This document shows positions 17,624-28,088 of a DNA stretch of 61,348 nucleotides, piece after piece. The DNA comes from a virus (Duplodnaviria; Caudoviricetes), in the IMG/VR virus record IMGVR_UViG_3300033141_003975, positions 1-61,348 of that record. One strand, written 5' to 3'. The translations under genes and the position numbers were made by a program. Positions within the stretch are counted from its first letter, which is position 1. Every line of letters begins with the position of its first letter. The notes beneath the pieces are model-generated. The model did not search any database. It had not been told where the DNA came from and was given only the letters and a program-made list of their open reading frames with translations.

Positions 17624-20600
17624 TTACCTCCGACGTATGGCAAATGGGTACGCATCACTTCGTCTTACCAAGTTACGGATATAGGCATTCAGTGTGATGC
17701 CATAACCTTGTGACCAGAGATAGAGTTTGTTGGTATTCAGATTGTGAACTATGTCGTAGAAGCTCAATGCGAAGTGAACTGTCCCGCCCACGTTTCCCGT
17801 GTCCGTAATATCCACACGCCACACTTTCTCTTCACCATCCGCCGTACTATCTGCCGGCAATACCATCTCCACCCACAAATGCGAATCAGAATACCTTGTC
17901 TGAAACTCATGCCATATCTCCGCAGGGACATTTGCACTGGTGTCAATGTATATGTCGAAACCTTTCTGTGACCCTATTGCCAAATCCTCACTATACTCCC
18001 ATTCAACACTGATTGGCGGATAAGGCGATATTGTGTTTCCGTAAAACGTGTGGACAATCATTTTCACGATATCGAGGCTATCATCCCTATCCGTTATCTT
18101 GAGCCTCTGCGAGACGCCTATAACACTCCTGTCCATAGGCACCCAACCCACACGTATTTCCCCGTCATTGTCCCGCAAACAAAACACACTCTCCCCAACA
18201 AGATGATCGCCAGTTTTCGTATTGGTACCAAACATCCCCCGCCACAACTTCGACAAGGTATAGGTACCATCACCATTATCCTCCACCCTCTCAGCCTGTA
18301 TTATTTCCGTCCCGACCAAATAAACATTCGCTTTCTTCTCCAACTGTTCTTGGCCAGACACTGATCGCGGCTCAACCAGATCTGTCGTATTAGGCTTTAT
18401 CACAACATCATTAACTTCATCCACCACTTCGCATGTTTCAACATCATCAAGAGCTGTCTCTGCTCGGGCCAAGAACGTCCCGAGGGATTCAAACTCACAA
18501 ATCATCTGCCAGCCGTCTGTCGGAGACGGATTACTCAGACTTGTCTTCCATACTTGCGCTCCACCACCCAAACCCGCTTGAATGGCATCCGCATTAGGAC
18601 ACACTGCTATATACATTCCTGGCCTGCGCGGGTCTGTGTGCTCAGGTGCTATAGCGGGTATTTCTAATATGTGGAATTCACGAGTGGGAACCAGTAATTG
18701 TGTTTGGGTTCGTCCCGAGGGGATGATGCCGGAGCGGTCCGAGTTATACACGGTTGGGTGGTCTCTGGCAACTTTGAGCTCCAACCTCCCCGCCGGATCA
18801 TAATTCGTGCTCACGACACGCAATCTATACGTTTGTGAATTCACTTCCACTTCCAGAATATCTGAAGGTTCATACTGGATGAGCGTGGGTTTGAGATACA
18901 GCTTCGCCGTCCTGTTACTCACCCAGCGCTCGGAAAGCAAAGTATCGGCTATTTGTGCTGCCTTATCGTGTTCCAGAGCCAGGGGCAGATTGACCGTCTC
19001 TGTCGTGAAGGAAGTTGACAGACCCTGGTTGCGCTGAGCAGCTTGCGTGGCTGTTTGATAATCAGAATTAGGATCTATGTAGGCAACTTCAACACGGTAG
19101 GGCACCCCAACTTCTTCTCCCCCCGTGGTTGTAATCCAATCAACAAACTCATCATACTCTTTCATCTTGGCATAACCCAGATCCTCCTCAGTCAAGTGCC
19201 CATCTGCCTCAATCTTACCCCTTGACACAAACTTGATCTTATCCCCACTCTGGTAATAGTCGAAGAAATAAGCCTGTCTCAACATAGCCAGCGTATCATT
19301 GACACTCTCGCGGTATGTCAGCTTCATACCTTCGACTTCAATTGAACCAAGGTTGGACTCCGAAAAGTCCAAGTCACTTTCCGACAACCCCACACTCTCA
19401 CACAGATCCGTAATCACACGTTGTACCGTCGGTTTGTTACGAACAATGGTGAAGTTGTCCAAATAATAAACCGTATTCACTTTACTTCCGCCTACTTCCC
19501 CGCCAATCAACCAACAACGTCCTCCTATGCTTATTGACGCGGGATAGTCTGTGTAATTCGGAGGTGCGAATATGGTTGGGAGTTGTTCCCAAACATTTCC
19601 ATTCGTACTTACCCAAGTCTCGACCGAACCCTGCTCTCCGTTAATCACAGCCACCAGCTTCCCCTCAAAGACATCAGGGTTGGTCGGGTCGTACTCCCCA
19701 GTCGGTTCCGTAGCATAAGCAGCCACAACCCTCTTGCTCAAATCAGGCCCGAGGTTGGACGCATTATTGATATTCTCGGTACAGGGACTGAAACACCAGG
19801 TGTACCATTGCTGCATGGCCCCTACCGTATGTCCCTGCTGGACTATTCCGGGAACGGGTTTGTAAAGCTCAAAGGTATGAGTCTGTGTGCTCTCATCCCA
19901 GATGTGGTCTTTGATATTGTAGGGTTGGTCTTTGACGACAAGAAAGCCGCCGTTGTAGTAACCGGAAACCTCGACAAGGTCCTCATTCGCCTCAACTATA
20001 ACCGTATAAGTACCCCCATAGTAATCGTCCGTGTCGGTTGCAACAGTACCGGAATGCAAATTACCGTCAGCTGCGGTCACACCCAATCGCCAACACGCAT
20101 TGCTCTTGTTGTAATTATTCAGATTCAAACCACCAATACAATAAATAGCACCTTTATAACCTACAAGGAAATGATCCATGTAAGCATCAGATCCCCAGCA
20201 TTCTTCACTCCAACACGTTGCGCAAGAGGAATAACTTTCAGGTCCGATAGCTACAATCTGTAGCGTCCACAGATCAGTCTTGGGAATGGTGCTATTGTAT
20301 AAACCCCCACAGAAAATAATTGCACAGTCCGGCACCTGTCCAGCATAAAACCCTCCCATTTGTTTCGTAGGAACAATGCCTATTGCACCAAGACCCTCCC
20401 TGTTTTCGAGATCTGGGGCATCACCATAACTTGGTACATCGAGAAGGGGACATGTTTGAAGTAAAGGCCGCCAGGTCCCGCTGCTTTCATGGACATTAGC
20501 TATCATAGCATAACAAGAATGCTCTGAAGAACTCCATAGACAATCAGAACCACCAGGGAACATAACTATACTGTGACTGCCAGAAAGAGCTGCTGCCTTG

Positions 20601-21499
20601 ACATTACAACCACCCAGAGCCCATTTTTCATCAATAGCAATATCGTGACCCCAATGCCCGTCAGATGTCCGCGTCCAACATTCTTTAGAGTTATAGTCAG
20701 AGGCAGTCACCCCCCCAATAATCTTGAACCCACCCTCTTTTGGCACACACCCTGCTCTACTCACAAGCGTCCCAGGGAAGACATCATCAGCCAGTACCCA
20801 AGAAGCTGATGCATTTACATTTTCATTTGTCACCTCAAAGGTTGCGATAGGAATATGTGCACCATAATTCGTGATCCTGTACCCCCGCCCTCTGACGGTC
20901 AGATGTGCATCGCAGGAGTCTTTGCCGCTCTGGAATACGGCGTAGGCAATTCCAGGCTCAGTCGGTACAAACGCCTCCTCCTCTATGACTTTTATTACAG
21001 ACGAAGCCGGCTGCGTAGTCTTCCCCAAATAGACCATAATCGTGCCGTCGTTGTTGGGGAATCTGATGTAAGTCGGACTTTCCAAATCATCAGGAATACA
21101 GGTTGGACCTCGTGGATTATCCCTGTCATAAACAAGCTTCCCGTCCAACCAAATTCTCTTGACATCGCGGATAGGGCCTTTACATATTGCTACGGCCCAG
21201 CGCGTGTAATAATCCGTAGGATGAGATCCCCGCGAACGCTTTACTATATTCCCGCTCCACCATATAATCTTTCCTGCAACTCTCATCCTCCCCCACACCC
21301 TCGGAATATCCTCACCATAACTCCCACCAGGTGTGTATAAGTCTGCATTCAGGGAACTTGTCTTGGGCTTAGCCCCAGGAGTCGCAGCTACGCCGAGCAA
21401 AAACCCTGCCTGAATGGCCCACCAAGCGCCTCCGGTGAGGAAGCCCAGGACCAGAGCGCCAAAAATACCGCCCAATAATTTTCCAAACGAACTGCCCAT
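17624..21499 (-). CDS. central tail tip/host-specificity protein (GTA megatron/Phage-tail_3-like) with inserted Kelch-like region
   Basis: YGEDIPRVWGRMRVAGKIIW N-terminus; AYFFD...GDKIKFV; VAYIDPNSDYQ; YTLSKLWRGMFGT. Confidence 0.82.
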   Translation of the reverse strand: MGSSFGKLLGGIFGALVLGFLTGGAWWAIQAGFLLGVAATPGAKPKTSSLNADLYTPGGSYGEDIPRVWGRMRVAGKIIWWSGNIVKRSRGSHPTDYYTRWAVAICKGPIRDVKRIWLDGKLVYDRDNPRGPTCIPDDLESPTYIRFPNNDGTIMVYLGKTTQPASSVIKVIEEEAFVPTEPGIAYAVFQSGKDSCDAHLTVRGRGYRITNYGAHIPIATFEVTNENVNASASWVLADDVFPGTLVSRAGCVPKEGGFKIIGGVTASDYNSKECWTRTSDGHWGHDIAIDEKWALGGCNVKAAALSGSHSIVMFPGGSDCLWSSSEHSCYAMIANVHESSGTWRPLLQTCPLLDVPSYGDAPDLENREGLGAIGIVPTKQMGGFYAGQVPDCAIIFCGGLYNSTIPKTDLWTLQIVAIGPESYSSCATCWSEECWGSDAYMDHFLVGYKGAIYCIGGLNLNNYNKSNACWRLGVTAADGNLHSGTVATDTDDYYGGTYTVIVEANEDLVEVSGYYNGGFLVVKDQPYNIKDHIWDESTQTHTFELYKPVPGIVQQGHTVGAMQQWYTWCFSPCTENINNASNLGPDLSKRVVAAYATEPTGEYDPTNPDVFEGKLVAVINGEQGSVETWVSTNGNVWEQLPTIFAPPNYTDYPASISIGGRCWLIGGEVGGSKVNTVYYLDNFTIVRNKPTVQRVITDLCESVGLSESDLDFSESNLGSIEVEGMKLTYRESVNDTLAMLRQAYFFDYYQSGDKIKFVSRGKIEADGHLTEEDLGYAKMKEYDEFVDWITTTGGEEVGVPYRVEVAYIDPNSDYQTATQAAQRNQGLSTSFTTETVNLPLALEHDKAAQIADTLLSERWVSNRTAKLYLKPTLIQYEPSDILEVEVNSQTYRLRVVSTNYDPAGRLELKVARDHPTVYNSDRSGIIPSGRTQTQLLVPTREFHILEIPAIAPEHTDPRRPGMYIAVCPNADAIQAGLGGGAQVWKTSLSNPSPTDGWQMICEFESLGTFLARAETALDDVETCEVVDEVNDVVIKPNTTDLVEPRSVSGQEQLEKKANVYLVGTEIIQAERVEDNGDGTYTLSKLWRGMFGTNTKTGDHLVGESVFCLRDNDGEIRVGWVPMDRSVIGVSQRLKITDRDDSLDIVKMIVHTFYGNTISPYPPISVEWEYSEDLAIGSQKGFDIYIDTSANVPAEIWHEFQTRYSDSHLWVEMVLPADSTADGEEKVWRVDITDTGNVGGTVHFALSFYDIVHNLNTNKLYLWSQGYGITLNAYIRNLVRRSDAYPFAIRRR

Positions 21500-21502
21500 G
21501 AA

Positions 21503-22390
21503 TCAGACTCCGTATTGAAGTGTTACATCCATCCCTGGACAATAAAGTTCCCCATTGAACTTGCTCGTGTTGGCAAACTTTGTGGCACACGTGGACCAGG
21601 ATAAGTCACAACCAGCCTGTACGGTGAAAATGTCTCCAGCGGAAATTGGTGCCCGTGTTGGTGTCAGTAAATAGAAGGTATGGGTGGTCCCCGTGTGATT
21701 ATGCTCGGGTATTTCCATTGATTGCCCCGCATTATCCCCCGTATTCCACGTAACCTTCCCCATTGTGAAGAAATTATCAGTATCGGGGTTGCCTCCAATA
21801 CAAGTACCTATTTCGCTGTCGTCACAAGCAAACACCATACAAGCATCCGACCCTACTCCAGACACAGTCCCTGTCGTCGTATAATCCGACAAATCCACTC
21901 CGCAAATATCATCCCCCAACGAATTCCTGCACGTGGCCTGAATAATCTCCCCCACTTCCTGATCCAGTTTCTTGATTAGAGGTGCCACATCGAATGACAC
22001 TTCGTTATCCAATGCTTTCCAATTATCAACGTAGCCTTTGAAAAACACACCGGAGTTACAGTTTGCAGCATTGCTATAGTCCGCTAGCACCATTGTCACA
22101 TCCGCATCGGCAAACTTTCCGGCGAGGACATCGCTCAATACTATATCATCGGTATTGTAAGGGACCGTGACATTAAACCCCGCTGTCTTCTCGCTGGTAC
22201 TGGTCGTCGCCAACGTTGTCATTGTGATAGGCGGGTTACTCACATAGGTATCAGTACCAATGGTGATTGAGTTGTGGTACGTCGTATAGAGATGTTCGGT
22301 CAAATCTCTGCGCACTATTTTCACGCAGAGCGCAAGTGTCAATGCGTCATTCTCCAAGAAGGCAGTAAAAGCATCTGAAAAGGTTTTCAT
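21503..22390 (-). CDS. baseplate hub protein (DUF2163/BR0599-like)
   Basis: CRNSLGDDICGVDL, WNTGDNAG, GCDLSWSTCATKFAN..FNG. Confidence 0.88.
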   Translation of the reverse strand: MKTFSDAFTAFLENDALTLALCVKIVRRDLTEHLYTTYHNSITIGTDTYVSNPPITMTTLATTSTSEKTAGFNVTVPYNTDDIVLSDVLAGKFADADVTMVLADYSNAANCNSGVFFKGYVDNWKALDNEVSFDVAPLIKKLDQEVGEIIQATCRNSLGDDICGVDLSDYTTTGTVSGVGSDACMVFACDDSEIGTCIGGNPDTDNFFTMGKVTWNTGDNAGQSMEIPEHNHTGTTHTFYLLTPTRAPISAGDIFTVQAGCDLSWSTCATKFANTSKFNGELYCPGMDVTLQYGV

Positions 22391-23256
22391 TCTCTTACCT
22401 CAACAATTCGCGTATCACATTCGACAAATTCAATGTTTGAATAACGCGAGTCCAGCGCGTATTCCTCAAACTGTACCACTTTGTCGTATTGGAAAGATGC
22501 TCGCAGAAACTCCCCAGTTGATAATGAGGAGGATAAGGTCACGATACCTGTGTCGTAGTCCACGGTGTAATCGGTATCTTCGGTAAGTGCACTCCAGCTC
22601 CCGCTGCTGTATTTATCAACCAACACGGTCACATTACTTCCATCACGTCCTACTTGGGCAGGGTGTTTGACAGTGCGAGTTCGCTCAAACCACAAACTCC
22701 CTCCACCACCATAGTTATCAGGCACGGGTCTCGCATCAGTATCCACAGTCAGAATCGTAAGTCCCCCAGCGTAATCAACACTTGATAATAGATACCAACC
22801 AGCGCAGTTTCCCAGCATAACATCCGTCACCTCAAACAAATCTCCTGAGGAAAATAGCCAACTATAATCTCCCTCAATGGTAAATGTGTCTGTAGCCGCA
22901 TTGGAGGACTCAATCTCGAAACTCGCTCGGTAATCATCATAGCGTTTGAGCAACTGATACTCGTCATCCTCCGCAGGCCCAACCCCAAACACCTCATCCT
23001 CACCAATATAGTCATAGTAATCCATGAGGAAGAAGCTGTTGGTCGCGCCCTGTACCAGACGGAAGAATGCGTCCAGTTCTTGAAACTCAGCAAGCGTGAG
23101 TTTGTGTGCCAACTTCCACACACCAAGGGGCTCATCCCAGAACGCCGCAGCAATCCTATACCCACTCTTCCCCTCGCTCACATACCCCTCGAATGTCTCC
23201 TCCCTACGGAGCTTATACGTGATCTTTGACGGAAACCTCTTCTTTAACAAACTCAT
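22387..23256 (-). CDS. distal tail protein (DUF2460-like) with insertion
   Basis: LDAFF...G....F...D, YQLLKRY, YTVDYDTGIVT; lies between tape measure and hub. Confidence 0.8.
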   Translation of the reverse strand: MSLLKKRFPSKITYKLRREETFEGYVSEGKSGYRIAAAFWDEPLGVWKLAHKLTLAEFQELDAFFRLVQGATNSFFLMDYYDYIGEDEVFGVGPAEDDEYQLLKRYDDYRASFEIESSNAATDTFTIEGDYSWLFSSGDLFEVTDVMLGNCAGWYLLSSVDYAGGLTILTVDTDARPVPDNYGGGGSLWFERTRTVKHPAQVGRDGSNVTVLVDKYSSGSWSALTEDTDYTVDYDTGIVTLSSSLSTGEFLRASFQYDKVVQFEEYALDSRYSNIEFVECDTRIVEVRE

Positions 23257-23257
23257 T

Positions 23258-26200
23258 TCACACCCCTGCGAAAGCCTCCTGCATCTCTTGTTTCACGAAT
23301 GGTATATGACGACGGAAGCCTTTACCTGTAGCCGCACCAGGCGGCATGATGATATTCACGTTCTCGACCGTAACCGTCTTCCCGAAGTCAGACTCAATCC
23401 TCCCTGACACACGCGGCGTGAAGAGTTCCGGCCCCCTCTCCCCTACGATATAAGACAAACCCTTACGTACCGCACCCCCAGCCTGCCTAAACCCCCCGAA
23501 CCCTTCCGACATGACCCCTTGCAACCAAGAAGTCAGTGGTCCGGTAATCACCCCGCGCACGGCTACTCGTGTGAGGTCGGCAATGATGGCATCAATCAAG
23601 CCGGACCAGTTGAACTTCATCGTCTGAACCATTTGAACAAACGCATCCTCTATATTCTGAAATGTACTGGACAAGGCCGTGTACATATTCTGTGCGGCAT
23701 CCATCGCACTCTGAGCATAGTCCTGCATGGCCACAACCACTCCGGCAGTCCATTCCTTCGTGAGCATCATATTCTCACGCATGGCGTCCTGGATCTGCTC
23801 CTGAAGCATGGTCTGTAGTAACAAAAACTCTTCTTGCGTGATTTTGTTTTCTTCAGTAGCTTGCTTGAGTATTTTCAAGTCGGAGGTCAGTTGCTGCACA
23901 GATCGTATTTGTGCGGTATAATTCCTGAGGACATCAGCGGCATGCATCCGCTCCGCAGATTCCATCCACGCATCGAAAGCCTCTGCCATTCCTTCCAAGG
24001 GTTCCAAGGTCTCCCCGATCAATTTGTTGGAATATGCAGCTTCCATTGCAGAGACTTTCCACTGCTCCCATCCCTCGGATATAGCCCTGATGACAACCTC
24101 GGTCTGCTCCAGCTCCTTACGCAGATCATCTATACGCGACTCCCTCACCCACTCCTGCTGTTTCTTTATCAAGTCATCCACATAACCTGCGTATTCTTCG
24201 AGATGGGGACGGAGCTTCAAATCTTCGCCTATAACACCGAGGTCGTATAAAGACTCGTAAGCTTTCTGCGCTCCTTCATCCAACCCCGTCCATAATAAGT
24301 TTAGCTGGAAGTCCAGTTTCTTTACTTCATCTGTTATTTGGACAATTTCTTCAGGAAGGGCTTTGAATCCTTCCTCAGCTTCCTTAAATTTCTCTCGCGG
24401 AAAGAACTTCCCCGCAAGCAAGGCAGCAACTTGTCCACCACCATAATAAACAGCAGCTGCCCCAGATAATATCTTCGCGGCATCCTTAGGGCTGAGTTTC
24501 GCAAAAGACCCTGCCATAGTCTTTGCCAAATCCTTACGCTCGAAAGCATCCAGTATCTCGTTCTTGAGTCGACTGAATAAGCTATTGGGATCTCTCAGAC
24601 CAAGTATATCAGTAGTTATTCCCCCCCACATTGTATCAACTTCCTCAGCCCATTCCTGCAATGCGCCATAAAGCGACTTTTTGAGTTCATCTTTGTAAGC
24701 CGAAGCTGCCCCTGCAACCCTTGCCGCACGTCCTACAGTTCCCAATACAGGTATTTTATCAATAAAGGAAAGAATCCCTGATTCAGGCTTGGCCGCTGCT
24801 TCCGCGACCTCTGGGCGTTTGAGTAAATCAACAACAATCTTTAATACATCAGCAAGTAGTATAAATGACCGCGCGATAATTCTTACACTAGTAGCAAGGC
24901 CTGATACAAATTTATTAAGGCGTTCCCACATGTCTGTTAAAAGATCAGGAATTTCCTTCAGAAACTCCTTGAACTGCTTCCCCAACCAAGAAGGCACAGC
25001 CTTTGGTGCAATGCCAGTATAAAAATCAACAACAGCGTCCTTCACTGCAACAACCATATCCCGCAACTTTGACCAAATGGCAAGAATGAGCGAGCCTACA
25101 GTACCAACTCTCCCGCCTAAGTGAATCACGGTATCCCACTGAGATATGATATAAGCTGTGATTATCGAAATTAGAGAGCCAAGTCCTGAAAGCGGTGACC
25201 GGATAAAATCAACAATTACTTTCCTCAGCCCCACAGTCCATAGCTTCATTGACTTGAAAATTTTTGGTAAAAACCCCGTGTATAGGAATAAGAACGACAT
25301 CCCTACCATTTCAATGGCGTCCGCCAGTCGTTTGAAATAAGTCAATGTCCCTTCAGCTTTCAACTTCTCGGTCATCCCCGACCAGATCCTCAATATCCCT
25401 GTTATATGCCGAATAATCCCGCGCAGGAACTTACTCAACCCCCTATCCCCCACCTGCAATATAATCTCATTAAACACAGATGTCATCTCCTTAAATGCCC
25501 CCCACAGGTTATCGGTCATCCGCTTCATCATAGTCGCGGCTTGCCCTGACCCACGCCTAATTTCATCAAAAATATCCTTGATTTTCCCTTGCACACGGAC
25601 CAGGATCGCCGCAGCAGACGCCGCCCTGATATCCAACCCCCTGAACAAATACTTCACATCCACCTCACTCAGCTCCTGTATAGTTTTCAACAACCCCTGC
25701 TCCATAATATCAATGTCCTGCACGGTCTTCCCTGCCGTTGCAAGCGAGCGCTTCAACTCATCCGTATTGGACATAATCTTTGCCAGCACGGACCTCAACC
25801 CCGTACCAGCACGTTCCGCCCGCACACCGGCATCACCGAATGCTGCCAGAGTTGCCGTGACCAAACGGAAGTCCAGGCCCAACTGAGCCGCAACGGGCGC
25901 GGCATACGATAGGGCTTCCCCAAGCTGCTCTACTGTGGTGTTGGCGCTTGTAGCAGCCACAGCCAGGGCATCAGCTACAGCTGCTGTATCAGAAGCTTTC
26001 AAGCCAAAAGCCGTTACGACATTGGAGGCAATATCAGCCGCCTTCCCCAAATCTATCATGCCAACAGCCGCAAGCTGCAACATCCCTGGCATAGCCTGAA
26101 CAATCTCCGTCGTCTTATACCCCGCCATTGCCAACCAGCGCATACCCTCAGCGGCTTGCTGCGCGGAGAATACCGTTTGAGCTCCGAGCCTACGAGCTTC

Positions 26201-26470
26201 GTCTTCCAGCACCTTCATCTCTGCGGCAGTTGCCTTCGACACCGCCCCTACAACAGCCAAAGCCCGCTCAAAGTCAGCTATAGACCGCACTGCCGCCGTT
26301 ATGGCAATTCCCGACGCCAATCCCGAGAATGCCCCCGTTACAAGGTTCAGCGACCGCCTCATAGCCATAGACGTAGTATTGAGCTGCTTCCCCATTTTCC
26401 GCATCTCCCCATAGAACTGGGTTGTGCGGGCTACGAAGTCTACGAGTACGGTTCCAACCAGACCTTTCAT
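23258..26470 (-). CDS. tail tape measure protein (TP901-type core, lambda-type C-terminus)
   Basis: TVFSAQQAAEGM..LAMAG, NTTVEQLGEALSYAAPVA, YIVGERGPELF. Confidence 0.95.
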   Translation of the reverse strand: MKGLVGTVLVDFVARTTQFYGEMRKMGKQLNTTSMAMRRSLNLVTGAFSGLASGIAITAAVRSIADFERALAVVGAVSKATAAEMKVLEDEARRLGAQTVFSAQQAAEGMRWLAMAGYKTTEIVQAMPGMLQLAAVGMIDLGKAADIASNVVTAFGLKASDTAAVADALAVAATSANTTVEQLGEALSYAAPVAAQLGLDFRLVTATLAAFGDAGVRAERAGTGLRSVLAKIMSNTDELKRSLATAGKTVQDIDIMEQGLLKTIQELSEVDVKYLFRGLDIRAASAAAILVRVQGKIKDIFDEIRRGSGQAATMMKRMTDNLWGAFKEMTSVFNEIILQVGDRGLSKFLRGIIRHITGILRIWSGMTEKLKAEGTLTYFKRLADAIEMVGMSFLFLYTGFLPKIFKSMKLWTVGLRKVIVDFIRSPLSGLGSLISIITAYIISQWDTVIHLGGRVGTVGSLILAIWSKLRDMVVAVKDAVVDFYTGIAPKAVPSWLGKQFKEFLKEIPDLLTDMWERLNKFVSGLATSVRIIARSFILLADVLKIVVDLLKRPEVAEAAAKPESGILSFIDKIPVLGTVGRAARVAGAASAYKDELKKSLYGALQEWAEEVDTMWGGITTDILGLRDPNSLFSRLKNEILDAFERKDLAKTMAGSFAKLSPKDAAKILSGAAAVYYGGGQVAALLAGKFFPREKFKEAEEGFKALPEEIVQITDEVKKLDFQLNLLWTGLDEGAQKAYESLYDLGVIGEDLKLRPHLEEYAGYVDDLIKKQQEWVRESRIDDLRKELEQTEVVIRAISEGWEQWKVSAMEAAYSNKLIGETLEPLEGMAEAFDAWMESAERMHAADVLRNYTAQIRSVQQLTSDLKILKQATEENKITQEEFLLLQTMLQEQIQDAMRENMMLTKEWTAGVVVAMQDYAQSAMDAAQNMYTALSSTFQNIEDAFVQMVQTMKFNWSGLIDAIIADLTRVAVRGVITGPLTSWLQGVMSEGFGGFRQAGGAVRKGLSYIVGERGPELFTPRVSGRIESDFGKTVTVENVNIIMPPGAATGKGFRRHIPFVKQEMQEAFAGV

Positions 26471-26898
26471 TATTTCATCCTTCGCAACTGTGGGGTGTTG
26501 GCGACCAACTTCTCCAACTTACTCTCTCGCTTCTTCTTCGGACTCTCCTTCATCTTCTTCTTGGACGCTCTTGTGATACCAAGAGAAGATTCCAGCTTCA
26601 CAGCCAGAAGCAAGTTTTGGTTGCGGATATTTACGGCTGGGTGTTGGATTGGAAAGCCCGTACGGGGGGATATTGTGATAAGACCTTCTTCGGCCAATAT
26701 CGTTTCACAATGCTCAGCTACTGCCAAACAGCGACAGTATTGGGCCAATACATGCCGCTCCAGGGGTAGCAAATTGGGGAGCTCAGCAACGTGTTCTTCA
26801 AACAGCTCCTGAGTCCGTTCTTGTGCGAATGCGTGTACAGTCTCCGGCTTAACATGCTCGTCTGCTACCGCATCCCGTGGTTTCAGCGACGTACCCAT
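26470..26898 (-). CDS. terS: P27-family terminase small subunit-like protein
   Basis: LAQYC...EEGL...QHPAV...LGIT.AS pattern with basic C-terminus. Confidence 0.72.
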   Translation of the reverse strand: MGTSLKPRDAVADEHVKPETVHAFAQERTQELFEEHVAELPNLLPLERHVLAQYCRCLAVAEHCETILAEEGLITISPRTGFPIQHPAVNIRNQNLLLAVKLESSLGITRASKKKMKESPKKKRESKLEKLVANTPQLRRMK

Positions 26899-27263
26899 TA
26901 TACAACCTTCTCTCCACGGAACGGTTTTTGTGGTTCAGATGCTGTCTCCAGCATAGCGCGTATGTCTGCGATCTGCTTCTCAATCAAATCCTCCGAACTA
27001 TACTTCCATTCATCCTTCTCCCACTTCGGCATAAAGTCTTCCAGCTTCGGTGTGGTACCTTTCTTTGCATGGATACAGGCCAAGGTATAACATACCAATG
27101 CCGCGCCAATATCCTGTCGCATCAAACCAAAGGGATCAATCCTCTCGTACACGGCCCACTCGGACAATTCCTTACTGCTCATACTGTCGAGCAGTTGACT
27201 GATACTCATGCCGAGGGCAAGAGCTAGTCTGTGGAGGAATCGTCTCCAGTGGTTCCTTGCGAG
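26898..27263 (-). CDS. tail assembly chaperone frameshift extension (gpT-like)
   Basis: The -1 frame after the slippery site reads LARNHWRRFLHRLALALGMSISQLLDSMSSKELSEW. Confidence 0.8.
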   Translation of the reverse strand, partial: LARNHWRRFLHRLALALGMSISQLLDSMSSKELSEWAVYERIDPFGLMRQDIGAALVCYTLACIHAKKGTTPKLEDFMPKWEKDEWKYSSEDLIEKQIADIRAMLETASEPQKPFRGEKVV

Positions 27264-27619
27264 TTTTTTACCAACTCGTCCTCTTCCTCACGAGAGATTC
27301 CAGACAGTTCACGAGCTTTCGATGCCAAGAAGTCGACGGCTTTGGCTGACTTCTTCGTCAAAATCTCGGCTTCGTTGTCCTTGAACAGCCTATTCCCCTT
27401 CTCATCAATCAAACACTTCACCACGAGGCTTGCGCGGACGTCCTTGAGCTTCGCATTCACCTTCCCGTCCTTGTCAATAAAGGACATTTCGTAGGCGTCT
27501 CGCTCTCGCGCCGTCAAGCCCCTCACCCGTGCCTTACCCCCAGGCCAGCCTGGAACCTCTCCTTCCCATATTTCAATATCGTTCATCTCAAGAATGGCTT
27601 CTCTGGTCAAATACTCCAT
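27224..27619 (-). CDS. tail assembly chaperone (gpG-like)
   Basis: WPGGKARVRGLTARERDAYE...LIDEKGNRLF; AAGGAG RBS; lies between tail tube and tape measure. Confidence 0.85.
   Translation of the reverse strand: MEYLTREAILEMNDIEIWEGEVPGWPGGKARVRGLTARERDAYEMSFIDKDGKVNAKLKDVRASLVVKCLIDEKGNRLFKDNEAEILTKKSAKAVDFLASKARELSGISREEEDELVKNSQGTTGDDSSTD
27263..27269 (-). other. -1 ribosomal frameshift heptamer A AAA AAC
   Basis: X XXY YYZ at the VKN codons near the end of the chaperone; joins the downstream ORF in frame. Confidence 0.8.
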
Positions 27620-27643
27620 CGCTATATCTCCTTTCAAGATTTA

Positions 27644-28069
27644 TCATGTCACGGTCACAGCACCTGAAATTCGCAAGGTGAATGTGCCACCAAGCAATTC
27701 CTTAACCGAAACGTCAATAGACAATCCAGTGATATACGCGGAAAATGTCATCTCGGTCTCGGCGGTATTGGGGAATACGATTTTGAAATCGGTCAATTCC
27801 CGATTATCCATCTTCGTTTTCAGGGCCTGATGCGTCGTGTTATCAGGAATATACCCGACCTCAATCGTCACTTCCCCACCCGTCTTGATGCCAGGCAACA
27901 ACTCCTCATACCCATTCGGGCTGTCCATGTGGGTGCAGTCGATAATTTCAGCTGTGATATTCGGCCCTGAAATGGAATGGACCTCGGCGATATCGACGAA
28001 CGATCCCTCCCCTTGATCGTATTTAATCAGGGTCCCCAGCCCGATCATTGCTTGTGATGTTGTACCCAT
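27644..28069 (-). CDS. major tail tube protein
   Basis: IAEVHSISGPNITAEIIDCTHMDSP...PGIKTGGEVT...TLRISG. Confidence 0.9.
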   Translation of the reverse strand: MGTTSQAMIGLGTLIKYDQGEGSFVDIAEVHSISGPNITAEIIDCTHMDSPNGYEELLPGIKTGGEVTIEVGYIPDNTTHQALKTKMDNRELTDFKIVFPNTAETEMTFSAYITGLSIDVSVKELLGGTFTLRISGAVTVT

Positions 28070-28088
28070 CTTGCAACTCCTTTCTCGG

